Below are positions 7,320 to 17,047 of a stretch of 32,000 nt of DNA, piece by piece. The stretch is from Xanthomonas campestris pv. campestris str. ATCC 33913 (GTDB lineage Bacteria > Pseudomonadota > Gammaproteobacteria > Xanthomonadales > Xanthomonadaceae), in contig NC_003902.1 in the NCBI RefSeq assembly GCF_000007145.1, positions 2,876,497 to 2,908,496 on the forward strand, read 5' to 3'. The notes below the pieces were generated by a model. The model made no database searches and had not been told where the DNA came from. It saw nothing but the letters and a program-made list of their open reading frames with translations. A program made the translations under genes and the position numbers. The stretch's first letter is position 1; each line of letters begins with the position of its first letter.

Positions 7320-10181
7320 CTAGCGAATCATCTCGCGAATGCGCGCCGCCATCGCATCGATACCGAACGGCTTGGTCAGCACGGCCATGCCCGGCGCAAG
7401 TTGGCCGGCGCCCAGCACGGCGGTTTCCGCATAGCCGGTAATGAACAACACGCTCAAGCGCGGCCGCGCGATCCGCGCCGCATCGGCCATCTGCCGCCCG
7501 TTCATGCCACCCGGCAAGCCAACATCGGTGATCAGCAAATCGATCCGCACATCGGACTGCAGCACGCTCAAGCCGGATGCGCCGTCCACCGCCTGCAACG
7601 CGGTATAGCCCAGTTCCTCCAGGATGTCGGCCACCAGCATGCGCACGCTGGGTTCGTCGTCCACCACCAGCACGGTCTCGCCCTGTTGCGAACGCGGCAT
7701 CGCCGGCAGCGTGCGCGCTTGCGCATCGCCGGTGGCATCGCCCAGATGCCGCGGCAAGTGGATGCAGACGGTGGTGCCCTCGCCCACGGTCGACGACACC
7801 CGCACCTGGCCACCGGACTGCTGCGCAAAACCGTAAATCATCGACAGCCCCAGGCCGGTGCCCTCGCCGATCGGTTTGGTGGTGAAGAACGGCTCGAACA
7901 CGCGCGCAATGACGTCTTCGGGCATGCCGGTGCCGGTGTCGCTCACGCACAACGACAGGTACTCGCCGTCGGGCACTTCGTTTTGTTGCGTGGCGGAATG
8001 GTTCAACCAGCTATTGGAGGTTTCGATGGTGATGCGGACGCCGTCCGGCATCGCGTCGCGCGCGTTGAGGCACAGGTTGAGCAGCGCATTTTCCAGCTGG
8101 GATGGGTCCACCAACGCGGGCCACAGCGCCTGCTCGGCCACCGTGGTGAGTTCGATCGACGGCCCCACCGTGCGCCGGATCAAATCTTCCATGCCGGCAA
8201 TCAATGCATTCACATCGGTCGGCTTGGGCGCGAGCGTCTGCCGGCGCGAAAACGCCAGCAGGCGATGGGTCAACGCTGCGGCGCGGCCGGCCGCCTTCTG
8301 CGCCACCGCGATGTAGCACTCCACATCGTCGAAGCGGCCCTGGCCCATGCGTGTCTGCATCAACTCCAGGCTGCCGGAAATGCCGGTCAGCAGATTGTTG
8401 AAGTCGTGCGCCAACCCGCCGGTGAGCTGCCCCACCGCTTCCATCTTCTGGCTCTGCCGCAACGCCTCGCGTGCCACCTCCAGACTGGCTTCGGTCTGCA
8501 CGCGGTCGGTGACATCCTGCGCCACCTGGAAGGCGCCCACTCGTCCGCCATGGCGATCGCGCAGCTGGCTGAAGCGCACTTCGTAATGCCGCAGCGCGCG
8601 TGCCGGGTCGCCGAACTCCTCCAGCACCAGGAACTCGTCGCCACTTAGCGCGCGGCCCCAGTGGCGCGCCACCTGCGCGCGATGTTCGGGCAAGCCGTCG
8701 AGCAGACCTAGCAGGTTGTCGCCCACATGCGCAGATACCCCATAGGCGAGCCGCAAAGCCTCGGCGCTGGCGGTGTTGAGGGCCAGGATGGTGAAGTCCA
8801 TGTCGCAAGCGAGCACGGCCGCGTCGGTGCTATCGACGAAGTCGGCAAACAGGCGCCGCTCGGCCAATGCTTCGACAACGCGCTGCTCCAGCGTCTCGTT
8901 CAAGTCGCGCAACTGCTGCTCCACCCGCCGGCGCGGGGTGATGTCCACGATCAGCATCGCCACGTGATTGTCGTGGGTGCCGGCCGGAAACAGGTGCGCG
9001 TCGTACCAGCGCCCCAGCCGTGCGGCCTCGCGCTCGAAGCGCAGCGGCTCGCCGCTGCGGGCAACGCGGCCATACGCCTCGTGCCACTCCTGCTCGATGC
9101 CGGGCAGCAACTGGCTCGACCATTTGCCCACCACATCGGTCAGGCCGGTATGCCGCTCGAAGGCCGGATTGACCGCGAGCATGCGATGGTCGATTGCCTG
9201 ACCCTGCGCATCGAACTTGACCTCGGCAATGCAGAAGCCGGCGTCGATGTTTTCGAACAGCATGCGGTAGCGTTTTTCGCTCTCGCGCAAGGCCTGCTGC
9301 GCCTGCTGCGCATCGGTGGTGTCGAACCCCTGCACGAAGATGCCGGTGACGCGGCCGGCATCGTCCTTGACCGGCTCATAGACAAAATCGACAAAGCGCT
9401 GCTCGGCGCCGGTACCGGTCCGCTGCAGCTGGATCGACACGGCCGACGCCACGAAGCGCTCGCCGGTGCTGTAGACGCTGTCGAGCAATTCGTAGAAGCC
9501 CTGGCCTTCGAGCTCCGGCAGGCCGGCACGCACGCTCATGCCGAGCATGTCGCGACCGCCCACCAGCCGTAAATAAGCGGCATTGACGAAGGCGAACACA
9601 TGCTCCGGGCCGTGCAAGATCGCGGTGAACCCGGGGGCCTGTTCGAACAGCCGGCGCTGCCGCTCGGCTTCGGCGGCGCGCAGGCGATCGGCGCGCACCG
9701 TCTCGGTGATCTCGATGCCCTGGTTGAACAGGCCCACGATGCTGCCGTCTTCGCCGCGGATCGGTGCGGCGCTGAAGTTCCAATAGGTCGTCTCCGGCAC
9801 GCCGCGACGCACCATCGGCAGTTCCACATGCCGCTGCTCGAAACCTTCGCCGGTCTGCAGGCATCGGCGGAACGGCGGCGCCACCTGTTCCCAGGACGCG
9901 CCCCAGACCTCGGAGACCGGCTGGCCCAACGCCCACGGATGGCGATCGGCCATCGACGGGATATAGGCGTCGTTGTAGAGCATCACCAGGTCCGGGCCCC
10001 ACAACACCGTGGCGAGCACCGGCGAGTTCAGGCAGATCGACAGCGCCGAACGCAGCGATTGCGGCCACTGCGACGGCAGCCCTAGCGCCGAGCCACTCCA
10101 GTCGTGCGCACGCATCCGCGCGCCCATTTCGCCACCACCGGCAAGGAAGGAAAACGAATCACCACTGGGATCAACGGGCAT
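7320..10181 (-). CDS. Cytoplasmic multi-PAS hybrid sensor histidine kinase / response regulator (~953 aa; start uncertain, alternative ATG at 10280)
   Basis: Several PAS/PAC-like modules. H-box [14 protein letters not shown]. HATPase ([18 protein letters not shown]). Receiver (VLVVDDEPSV...ITDVGLPGGMNG). The first ~100 codons of ORF 7320-10592 are Arg/Cys/Gly-rich and implausible. Confidence 0.85.
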   Translation of the reverse strand: MPVDPSGDSFSFLAGGGEMGARMRAHDWSGSALGLPSQWPQSLRSALSICLNSPVLATVLWGPDLVMLYNDAYIPSMADRHPWALGQPVSEVWGASWEQVAPPFRRCLQTGEGFEQRHVELPMVRRGVPETTYWNFSAAPIRGEDGSIVGLFNQGIEITETVRADRLRAAEAERQRRLFEQAPGFTAILHGPEHVFAFVNAAYLRLVGGRDMLGMSVRAGLPELEGQGFYELLDSVYSTGERFVASAVSIQLQRTGTGAEQRFVDFVYEPVKDDAGRVTGIFVQGFDTTDAQQAQQALRESEKRYRMLFENIDAGFCIAEVKFDAQGQAIDHRMLAVNPAFERHTGLTDVVGKWSSQLLPGIEQEWHEAYGRVARSGEPLRFEREAARLGRWYDAHLFPAGTHDNHVAMLIVDITPRRRVEQQLRDLNETLEQRVVEALAERRLFADFVDSTDAAVLACDMDFTILALNTASAEALRLAYGVSAHVGDNLLGLLDGLPEHRAQVARHWGRALSGDEFLVLEEFGDPARALRHYEVRFSQLRDRHGGRVGAFQVAQDVTDRVQTEASLEVAREALRQSQKMEAVGQLTGGLAHDFNNLLTGISGSLELMQTRMGQGRFDDVECYIAVAQKAAGRAAALTHRLLAFSRRQTLAPKPTDVNALIAGMEDLIRRTVGPSIELTTVAEQALWPALVDPSQLENALLNLCLNARDAMPDGVRITIETSNSWLNHSATQQNEVPDGEYLSLCVSDTGTGMPEDVIARVFEPFFTTKPIGEGTGLGLSMIYGFAQQSGGQVRVSSTVGEGTTVCIHLPRHLGDATGDAQARTLPAMPRSQQGETVLVVDDEPSVRMLVADILEELGYTALQAVDGASGLSVLQSDVRIDLLITDVGLPGGMNGRQMADAARIARPRLSVLFITGYAETAVLGAGQLAPGMAVLTKPFGIDAMAARIREMIR

Positions 10182-10647
10182 CGCGTCTGACGTAGTTGGG
10201 GTGGACCACTGCCGGAAATACGGCAGGCGTGCGCGATGCGTCTTGCCATCGAACGGCGGGCGGTCGACAGCGTCGTGCATGCTCCATGGCGTTAGCGACT
10301 CCCCGTGAAGACTGCCCGCGTGCGGCATCGGTTGTGCCCGTCGCGGGCGAGACGATAGCGCGCCCGCCAGCATCGCCACAACTTCCGTCCGCCTGCCGGT
10401 CGTTGTGCTGCGACAAAACGCTAAACCGTTCACTGCCGCGCGGCCTGGTGGGCGCAGCGCTGCGCCATGGCCGCCGTCTGATGTCCGATGACCGCGCGTC
10501 TCATCCACTGAGACGCGTGCTTGGCAGCATCGCCGCCGATGACACGCACCACAACGGCTACTCGCCGCACCACATTGATTGAACGGCGGCACTGCGCGCC
10601 TGGCATCGCGCCAAGCAACGCGTTACCACCGAGACAGGAGGCCGGCG

Positions 10648-11505
10648 ATGGTGGGGCGCGCTGAGCGGGCAAAGCGCAGCTGGGGCGCTCCGGACTACAC
10701 CTACCCCGAGCATCTGCGTGCAGAACTGGACACCTTGCCGGCCACGCCCGGGGTCTATCTGTTCCATGGACAGAGCAGCACGTTGCCGTTGTACATCGGC
10801 AAGAGCATCCACCTGCGCAACCGCGTCATGGACCATTTCCGTAACGCGGCCGAAGCCTCGCTGCTGCGTCAGACGCGCAGCATCCAGGTGATCGAAATGG
10901 CCGGTGACATCGGCGCACAGCTGCTGGAGTCGCAGCTGATCAAGACCCTGCGCCCGCTGTACAACCAGAAGCTGCGGCGGATCCCGCGCCAGTTTTCGAT
11001 CCGGCTGTATCGCGGCGAGGTGTCGATCGAACATTCCGGCGAGATCGATCCGGCGGCAGCGCCCTGGTTGTACGGGCTGTATTCCAGCCCCCGTGCGGCC
11101 AAGGAAACGTTGCGCCGCCTCGCCGACCAGCATCATCTTTGTTACGGCTTGTTGGGACTGGAGCGGCTGCAAGCAGGCCGGCCCTGTTTCCGCGCCATGC
11201 TGAAACGCTGCAGCGGCGCCTGCCATGGTGCCGAGCCCTTGGACGCGCACGAAGAACGGCTACGCAGCGTGCTGCAGCATCTGGAACAGGCGGCGTGGCC
11301 ATTTCCCGGCGCCATCGCGCTGAAGGAGCAAGGCGCGCAACGCACCCAGTTCCATGTGCTGCGCGATTGGCACTATCTGGGCAGCGCCACCTCGTTGGCG
11401 GGCGCACGCCGTTTGCAGGCGACACCCGGTGCATTCGACCGCGATTGCTACCGCATCCTGCGCAAATATCTGGAGACGCAGCTGCATTGCGTGTCGCTGC
11501 TGTAG
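10648..11505 (+). CDS. cho: GIY-YIG excinuclease Cho (UvrC N-terminal homolog, 285 aa)
   Basis: GIY-YIG core PGVYLFHG...LPLYIGKSIHLRNRVMDHF...E..LIKTLRPLYN. AGGAGG lies 6 nt upstream of ATG 10648. Confidence 0.8.
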   Translation: MVGRAERAKRSWGAPDYTYPEHLRAELDTLPATPGVYLFHGQSSTLPLYIGKSIHLRNRVMDHFRNAAEASLLRQTRSIQVIEMAGDIGAQLLESQLIKTLRPLYNQKLRRIPRQFSIRLYRGEVSIEHSGEIDPAAAPWLYGLYSSPRAAKETLRRLADQHHLCYGLLGLERLQAGRPCFRAMLKRCSGACHGAEPLDAHEERLRSVLQHLEQAAWPFPGAIALKEQGAQRTQFHVLRDWHYLGSATSLAGARRLQATPGAFDRDCYRILRKYLETQLHCVSLL

Positions 11506-11526
11506 CCGCAAGCGGGCCCAACTGGC

Positions 11527-11745
11527 TCAGCGCTTTCTGCTTCGGCGCGATTGCACAGCACTGCGCTGCTGCGTGGCCGGCACCTGCTGCGCGAACACTG
11601 CGTGCATGCAGGCCACCACCTGCTGCGCGCGCGCAGACAACGGCCATTCGGCGCGCTGGATCAGCCAAAGCGTATCCACCACCGGATGCAGCCCTTCCAC
11701 CACCTGGATCGCGGCCTGGTCGTGCGATGCCAGGCGTGCGCCGCA
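11527..11745 (-). pseudogene. Possible C-terminal remnant of a LysR-type regulator (72 in-frame codons, no start codon)
   Basis: The minus frame reads CGARLASHDQAAIQVVEGLHPVVDTLWLIQRAEWPLSARAQQVVACMHAVFAQQVPATQQRSAVQSRRSRKR*. It is bounded upstream by TAG at 11746-11748. It resembles the tail of a LysR substrate-binding domain by eye only. Confidence 0.3.
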
Positions 11746-11767
11746 CTACGGCCAGCGCGTGCAATCA

Positions 11768-11922
11768 GGTTTTAGAGCAGTTATCAAAACGACTGCGCAG
11801 CCTCAAGGCGGGCGCGGCCGGTGCTCGGAATCGGCATGTACCCACGTACACTCCGGTTTCCTCCGCGCCGTCCGCACCCACCTGACGATTGCTCGCTACG
11901 TTTTGTTAGCCGCTCTTAGCCC
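11768..11922. repeat. 155-bp element bounded by imperfect ~24-bp terminal inverted repeats (MITE-like or structured RNA)
   Basis: Left arm GGTTTTAGAGCAGTTATCAAAACG (11768-11791). Reverse complement of right arm GGGCTAAGAGCGGCTAACAAAACG (11899-11922). 18/24 identical, with the inner 8 nt perfect. The arms are AT-rich relative to the surroundings. Confidence 0.4.
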
Positions 11923-12184
11923 AGCACGCAACGCGGCACTTCATTCGGCCGCAGCGTCAACACCTGCACGCCGGTGCGCGTGACTGCAACACGGTGGCTT
12001 GGCGTGCATCCCGATCACGTCGCACCGGATGGAATGGAATGGATCGGTCACTGGACGCCATCGCCAGATGCAACGCAAGAGTGAACCTTCGCGCCTGGTG
12101 CAAATCTGCGCAGGTAGACTTCAAAATTCTTGATATCAGCAGCGGCTAGAAGGGGCGAAACGCCCGCGCTGCAACGCTTAGAAC

Positions 12185-12260
12185 TGGTGGCCGAGGACGG
12201 AATCGAACCGCCGACACGGGGATTTTCAATCCCCTGCTCTACCAACTGAGCTACTCGGCC
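12185..12260 (-). tRNA. tRNA-Phe (anticodon GAA), 76 nt with encoded CCA
   Basis: The minus strand reads GGCCGAGTAGCTCAGTTGGTAGAGCAGGGGATTGAAAATCCCCGTGTCGGCGGTTCGATTCCGTCCTCGGCCACCA. It has a 7-bp acceptor stem, anticodon loop TTGAAAA and a GGTTCGATTCC T-arm. Confidence 0.95.
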
Positions 12261-12439
12261 ACTGCCTGCGACGCGATGCCTGCGTTGCGAGGAGGCGCAT
12301 CATAACGAGCGTGCGGGATTTCGGCAAGCGTTCGCGCGCATGTCGTGTTGGGGCTGAGCCGCAGCCCGGTTTCTTGCGCCGGTTCACGCCAAGCGGGGGC
12401 GCCGATGGCCTAGCCTGCGCGCGTCCTTTGGAGATTCGC

Positions 12440-12976
12440 ATGCGCCTGCCTCGCCTGTTGTTGTCATTCGCCGCCCTGCTGCCGCTGGCTGCCCTTGCGC
12501 AGCAACCGGTGCGCGCCGTGCCGGCGTTGGATATCTCGCGTTATGCCGGGCAGTGGCACGAGATCGCCCATCTACCGGTGTCGTTCCAGAAGAAATGCCG
12601 CAGCGATATCACCGCCAGCTACACCTTGCGCGACGACGGCCTGATCGGGGTGCGCAATGGCTGCCGCGTTGCCGATGGCAGCCTGACCCAGGCCGACGGC
12701 GTGGCACGCCCGGTGGCCGGGCACCCCGGGCAGTTGCAGGTGCGCTTCGCGCCGGAATGGCTGTCGTGGATCCCGCTGGTCTGGGCGGACTACTGGGTGA
12801 TTGCGCTCGATCCCGACTATCAGTGGGCGGTGGTCGGCGAGCCGGATCGCAAGTACCTGTGGATCCTGTCGCGCTCGCCAGAGATGCCGCGCGCGCAGTT
12901 CGAGCAGTTGAAGGCCACCGCCACGCAGATGGGCTACGACCTGTCGCCCCTGATTGTGGCGGCGCCACTGCGCTGA
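12440..12976 (+). CDS. blc: Bacterial lipocalin (Blc-like, 178 aa)
   Basis: Signal peptide MRLPRLLLSFAALLPLAALA, then the lipocalin signature YAGQWHEIAHLP...YWVIALDPDYQWAVVGEPDRKYLWILSR. GGAGA lies upstream of the ATG. Confidence 0.85.
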   Translation: MRLPRLLLSFAALLPLAALAQQPVRAVPALDISRYAGQWHEIAHLPVSFQKKCRSDITASYTLRDDGLIGVRNGCRVADGSLTQADGVARPVAGHPGQLQVRFAPEWLSWIPLVWADYWVIALDPDYQWAVVGEPDRKYLWILSRSPEMPRAQFEQLKATATQMGYDLSPLIVAAPLR

Positions 12977-13052
12977 GGGCGGCCACCGCCCGGCGGGCAC
13001 CGTACTGCGTAGTATTCTTGGCAATGCACCAACCCGCCAAGGAACCGAGTTC

Positions 13053-13532
13053 ATGCACCGTGCCTTTCGCCTCCTGATCGTGACGCTGTCGTGCGGCCTG
13101 CTGTTGAGCGCCTGCGGTGGCGGCGCGGTTCGCCGTGTCTCCGAGCCGACTGCCCGTATCCAGCAGCTGACCGTGCGCCCGGACGGTGGCTGGTCGGTGG
13201 AGTTGCGCCTGCAGAACTACAGCAGCATTCCGATGCGCTTCGAGCGCGTGGCGCTGGAGATCGGCATGGGCGATGGGGTTGCCGGCAAACTCGACCAGGC
13301 GGTGGGCATTTCGATCGGCCCGGAAACCGCCGATGTCGTGACGGTGAGCCTGCAGCCCGCCTCGCTCGGCCGCATCACCATTGCCGATGTGCTGGCCGGT
13401 GGCCGCTCGCTGCCGTACACGCTCAAAGGCACGGTGTGGGCCACCCCGCAGGACAAGAAACAACGCGAGTTCACGGTTGATTCGCGCAACACGCTCAGCC
13501 CGGCCCCGGGCCTCAACGGCGTGCTGCGCTGA
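13053..13532 (+). CDS. Lipoprotein, LEA_2 / NDR1-like fold (159 aa)
   Basis: MHRAFRLLIVTLSCGLLLSACGG contains an LSAC lipobox. The body resembles late-embryogenesis-abundant type 2 domain proteins (by eye). Confidence 0.65.
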   Translation: MHRAFRLLIVTLSCGLLLSACGGGAVRRVSEPTARIQQLTVRPDGGWSVELRLQNYSSIPMRFERVALEIGMGDGVAGKLDQAVGISIGPETADVVTVSLQPASLGRITIADVLAGGRSLPYTLKGTVWATPQDKKQREFTVDSRNTLSPAPGLNGVLR

Positions 13533-13569
13533 CGCGCACGCCTCCACGCACACGCTTCAAGGATCCCGC

Positions 13570-15363
<1,794 letters not shown>

Positions 15364-15464
15364 GCAGCCGTGTCGCTGCGATGTTGCCCTGCGTGACCGA
15401 TGTGCCTTGAGAGTGGGGCTTGTCGGGTGTCGATGCGGGCGTCGCTGTCATGTCGTGTCGTGTC

Positions 15465-15500
15465 GGTGCGGGTGCGGGTGCCGGTGCGGGTGCGGGTGCG
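15465..15500. repeat. Hexanucleotide microsatellite (GGTGCG)x6, one unit GGTGCC, preceded by (TGTCG)x3
   Basis: Read directly at 15451-15500, in noncoding DNA. Confidence 0.9.
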
Positions 15501-15570
15501 TGCAAGCGTTTGCGGCTAGTCACCCTTCGGCCATGCTGAAGAAAGCGCCCTACCCGGACGCCAGCCCTAC

Positions 15571-15660
15571 GTAGGAGCGCGCTTGCGCGCGATGGAGCTT
15601 TCCCGGCAACGCTTCGAAGCCTTCTCGGTAACGCTCCTTCGCGCACAAGTGCGCTCCTAC
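15571..15660. repeat. REP-type palindromic element pair (GTAG family), copy 1
   Basis: GTAGGAGCGCGCTTGCGCGCGA...(46 nt)...TCGCGCACAAGTGCGCTCCTAC. The two ends are inverted copies of each other and each is itself a GC hairpin. This resembles the GTAG-ended REPs of Xanthomonas/Stenotrophomonas. Confidence 0.8.
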
Positions 15661-15930
15661 ACGTGCGTCGATGGCAGGCGCATGTGCATCGCTCGCGTGG
15701 CTCGCGTGCCGCTTGCGCCTCGCGACCGTTAGTTAGGCCGTTGGGCCGATCGGGCCAGCGCGCCAGCTCAGCAGGCGGCCGACGTTGGCAAAGCGTGGGC
15801 GCGAGCGGGTTTGGTGTTCTTGAGATGCACCCTCTAGAGAGATGCAAGACGCCGACGTGCTCGGCCAGCGCCTGCAGCAACCAGCGTAGGGCCGGGCTGG
15901 GCGCGCCAACGCATCAGAAACCAGCCGCGC

Positions 15931-16020
15931 GTAGGAGCGCGCTTGCGCGCGATGAAGCTTCCCCGGTGACGCTTCGTAGCCTTATCGGTGACGCCACATC
16001 GCGCACAAGTGCGCTCCTAC
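15931..16020. repeat. REP-type palindromic element pair (GTAG family), copy 2
   Basis: Same 90-bp architecture as 15571-15660, roughly 85-90% identical by eye, offset by exactly 360 bp. Confidence 0.8.
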
Positions 16021-16212
16021 GGTGCATGGCGCCGTTGTCGATGGCGCCCGTGTCTGCCGCGCGCGCCTGTAGGCGCTGTGCGGCCATTCGCGGGATCGTC
16101 CTGGCCACCCATGACTTCACAGCACACACCGCCGCCGCCCGCACAGTCGAACAACCGCCGAGATCCCGCAGATACACAAACTGTCAACGATCGGGTATAA
16201 GCTGTTTTCCCG

Positions 16213-16869
16213 ATGGAGACAGACACGCACGTAGGTGATGTGATCGTCCCCGGAGGCTTCCCCGCCCCGGTCACGGGCAGCGCTGTCGCCGCATCCCCGC
16301 CGTTGCCCACCGTGCGCCTGCTCTCCCTGGACGCGCATGGCCGTGTGCTGGACTGGATCAACTGGCAAGACGCCGCCTGCCTGTATGCACGCGATGCGGT
16401 GTCGTGGACGCTGGGCGAGCCCTGCATGCAGATCCACGGCGGCGTCTCGCGCCTCACCGGCGAGCGCAGCGTGCTGGAGCTGCATCCAATCATTGCGGCA
16501 CGCGGCCACGCCCGTTCGCGCGCGCTCGACCCCACGCCCACCCTCACCAACACCGCCCTGTTCGCACGCGACTCGCAGTTGTGCATGTATTGCGGCCAGC
16601 ACTTCAGCCGCCCGCACCTCACCCGCGACCACGTGATGCCGGTATCCAAGGGCGGCCGCGACAGCTGGGAAAACGTGGTGACCGCGTGCTTCCAGTGCAA
16701 CTCGCGCAAGGCCAACCGTACACCGCAGCAGGCGCACATGCCGCTGCTGGCCGTGCCCTACCGGCCGAGCTGGATCGAGCATCTGATCCTGTCCAACCGC
16801 AACATCCTGTCCGACCAGATGGCGTTCTTGCGGGCGCAACTGCCCAAGCGCTCCAAGCTCTCGCTCTAG
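16213..16869 (+). CDS. HNH endonuclease with uncharacterised N-terminal domain (218 aa; start uncertain)
   Basis: C-terminal HNH/zinc motif CMYCG...[35 protein letters not shown]. Confidence 0.8.
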   Translation: METDTHVGDVIVPGGFPAPVTGSAVAASPPLPTVRLLSLDAHGRVLDWINWQDAACLYARDAVSWTLGEPCMQIHGGVSRLTGERSVLELHPIIAARGHARSRALDPTPTLTNTALFARDSQLCMYCGQHFSRPHLTRDHVMPVSKGGRDSWENVVTACFQCNSRKANRTPQQAHMPLLAVPYRPSWIEHLILSNRNILSDQMAFLRAQLPKRSKLSL

Positions 16870-17047
16870 ACCGCGCTCGCGCTTGCCCGCATGCGACTGC
16901 GACAGTTCGTCGCAGGCATGCGGCGCAGCCACGCCACGCGTGCATCACGGCTGCTGCAGCCATCACTTCCCGCTGACACCTGAACCGGTTTGCTTGCCGG
17001 GCCTTCGCATGGGGAGGACAATATGGCTTCAGCACATTGACACGATG

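Noticed and set aside
7263-8648. 461-aa plus-strand ORF antisense to the multi-PAS kinase (and similar ORFs at 8727-9572 and 9600-10085)
   Set aside because: Same shadow-frame composition (H/R/A/G/Q-rich). The opposite strand carries clear HisKA/HATPase/REC/PAS motifs.
10940-11764. 274-aa minus-strand ORF overlapping cho
   Set aside because: Ala/Arg/Gly/Pro-rich nonsense composition. The cho frame has the GIY-YIG core and a good AGGAGG ribosome-binding site.
12048-12245. 65-aa ORF overlapping tRNA-Phe, and the idea of an integrated island at tRNA-Phe
   Set aside because: The ORF is the tRNA read as protein. I found no integrase gene and no direct repeat of the tRNA 3' end in the window, so only the small MITE-like element and the gene remnant are reported.
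15571-16020. CRISPR array or a 360-bp tandem duplication
   Set aside because: There are only two repeat copies, each an inverted REP pair. The sequences following the two copies are unrelated apart from a short GTCGATGGC, and no cas genes are present.
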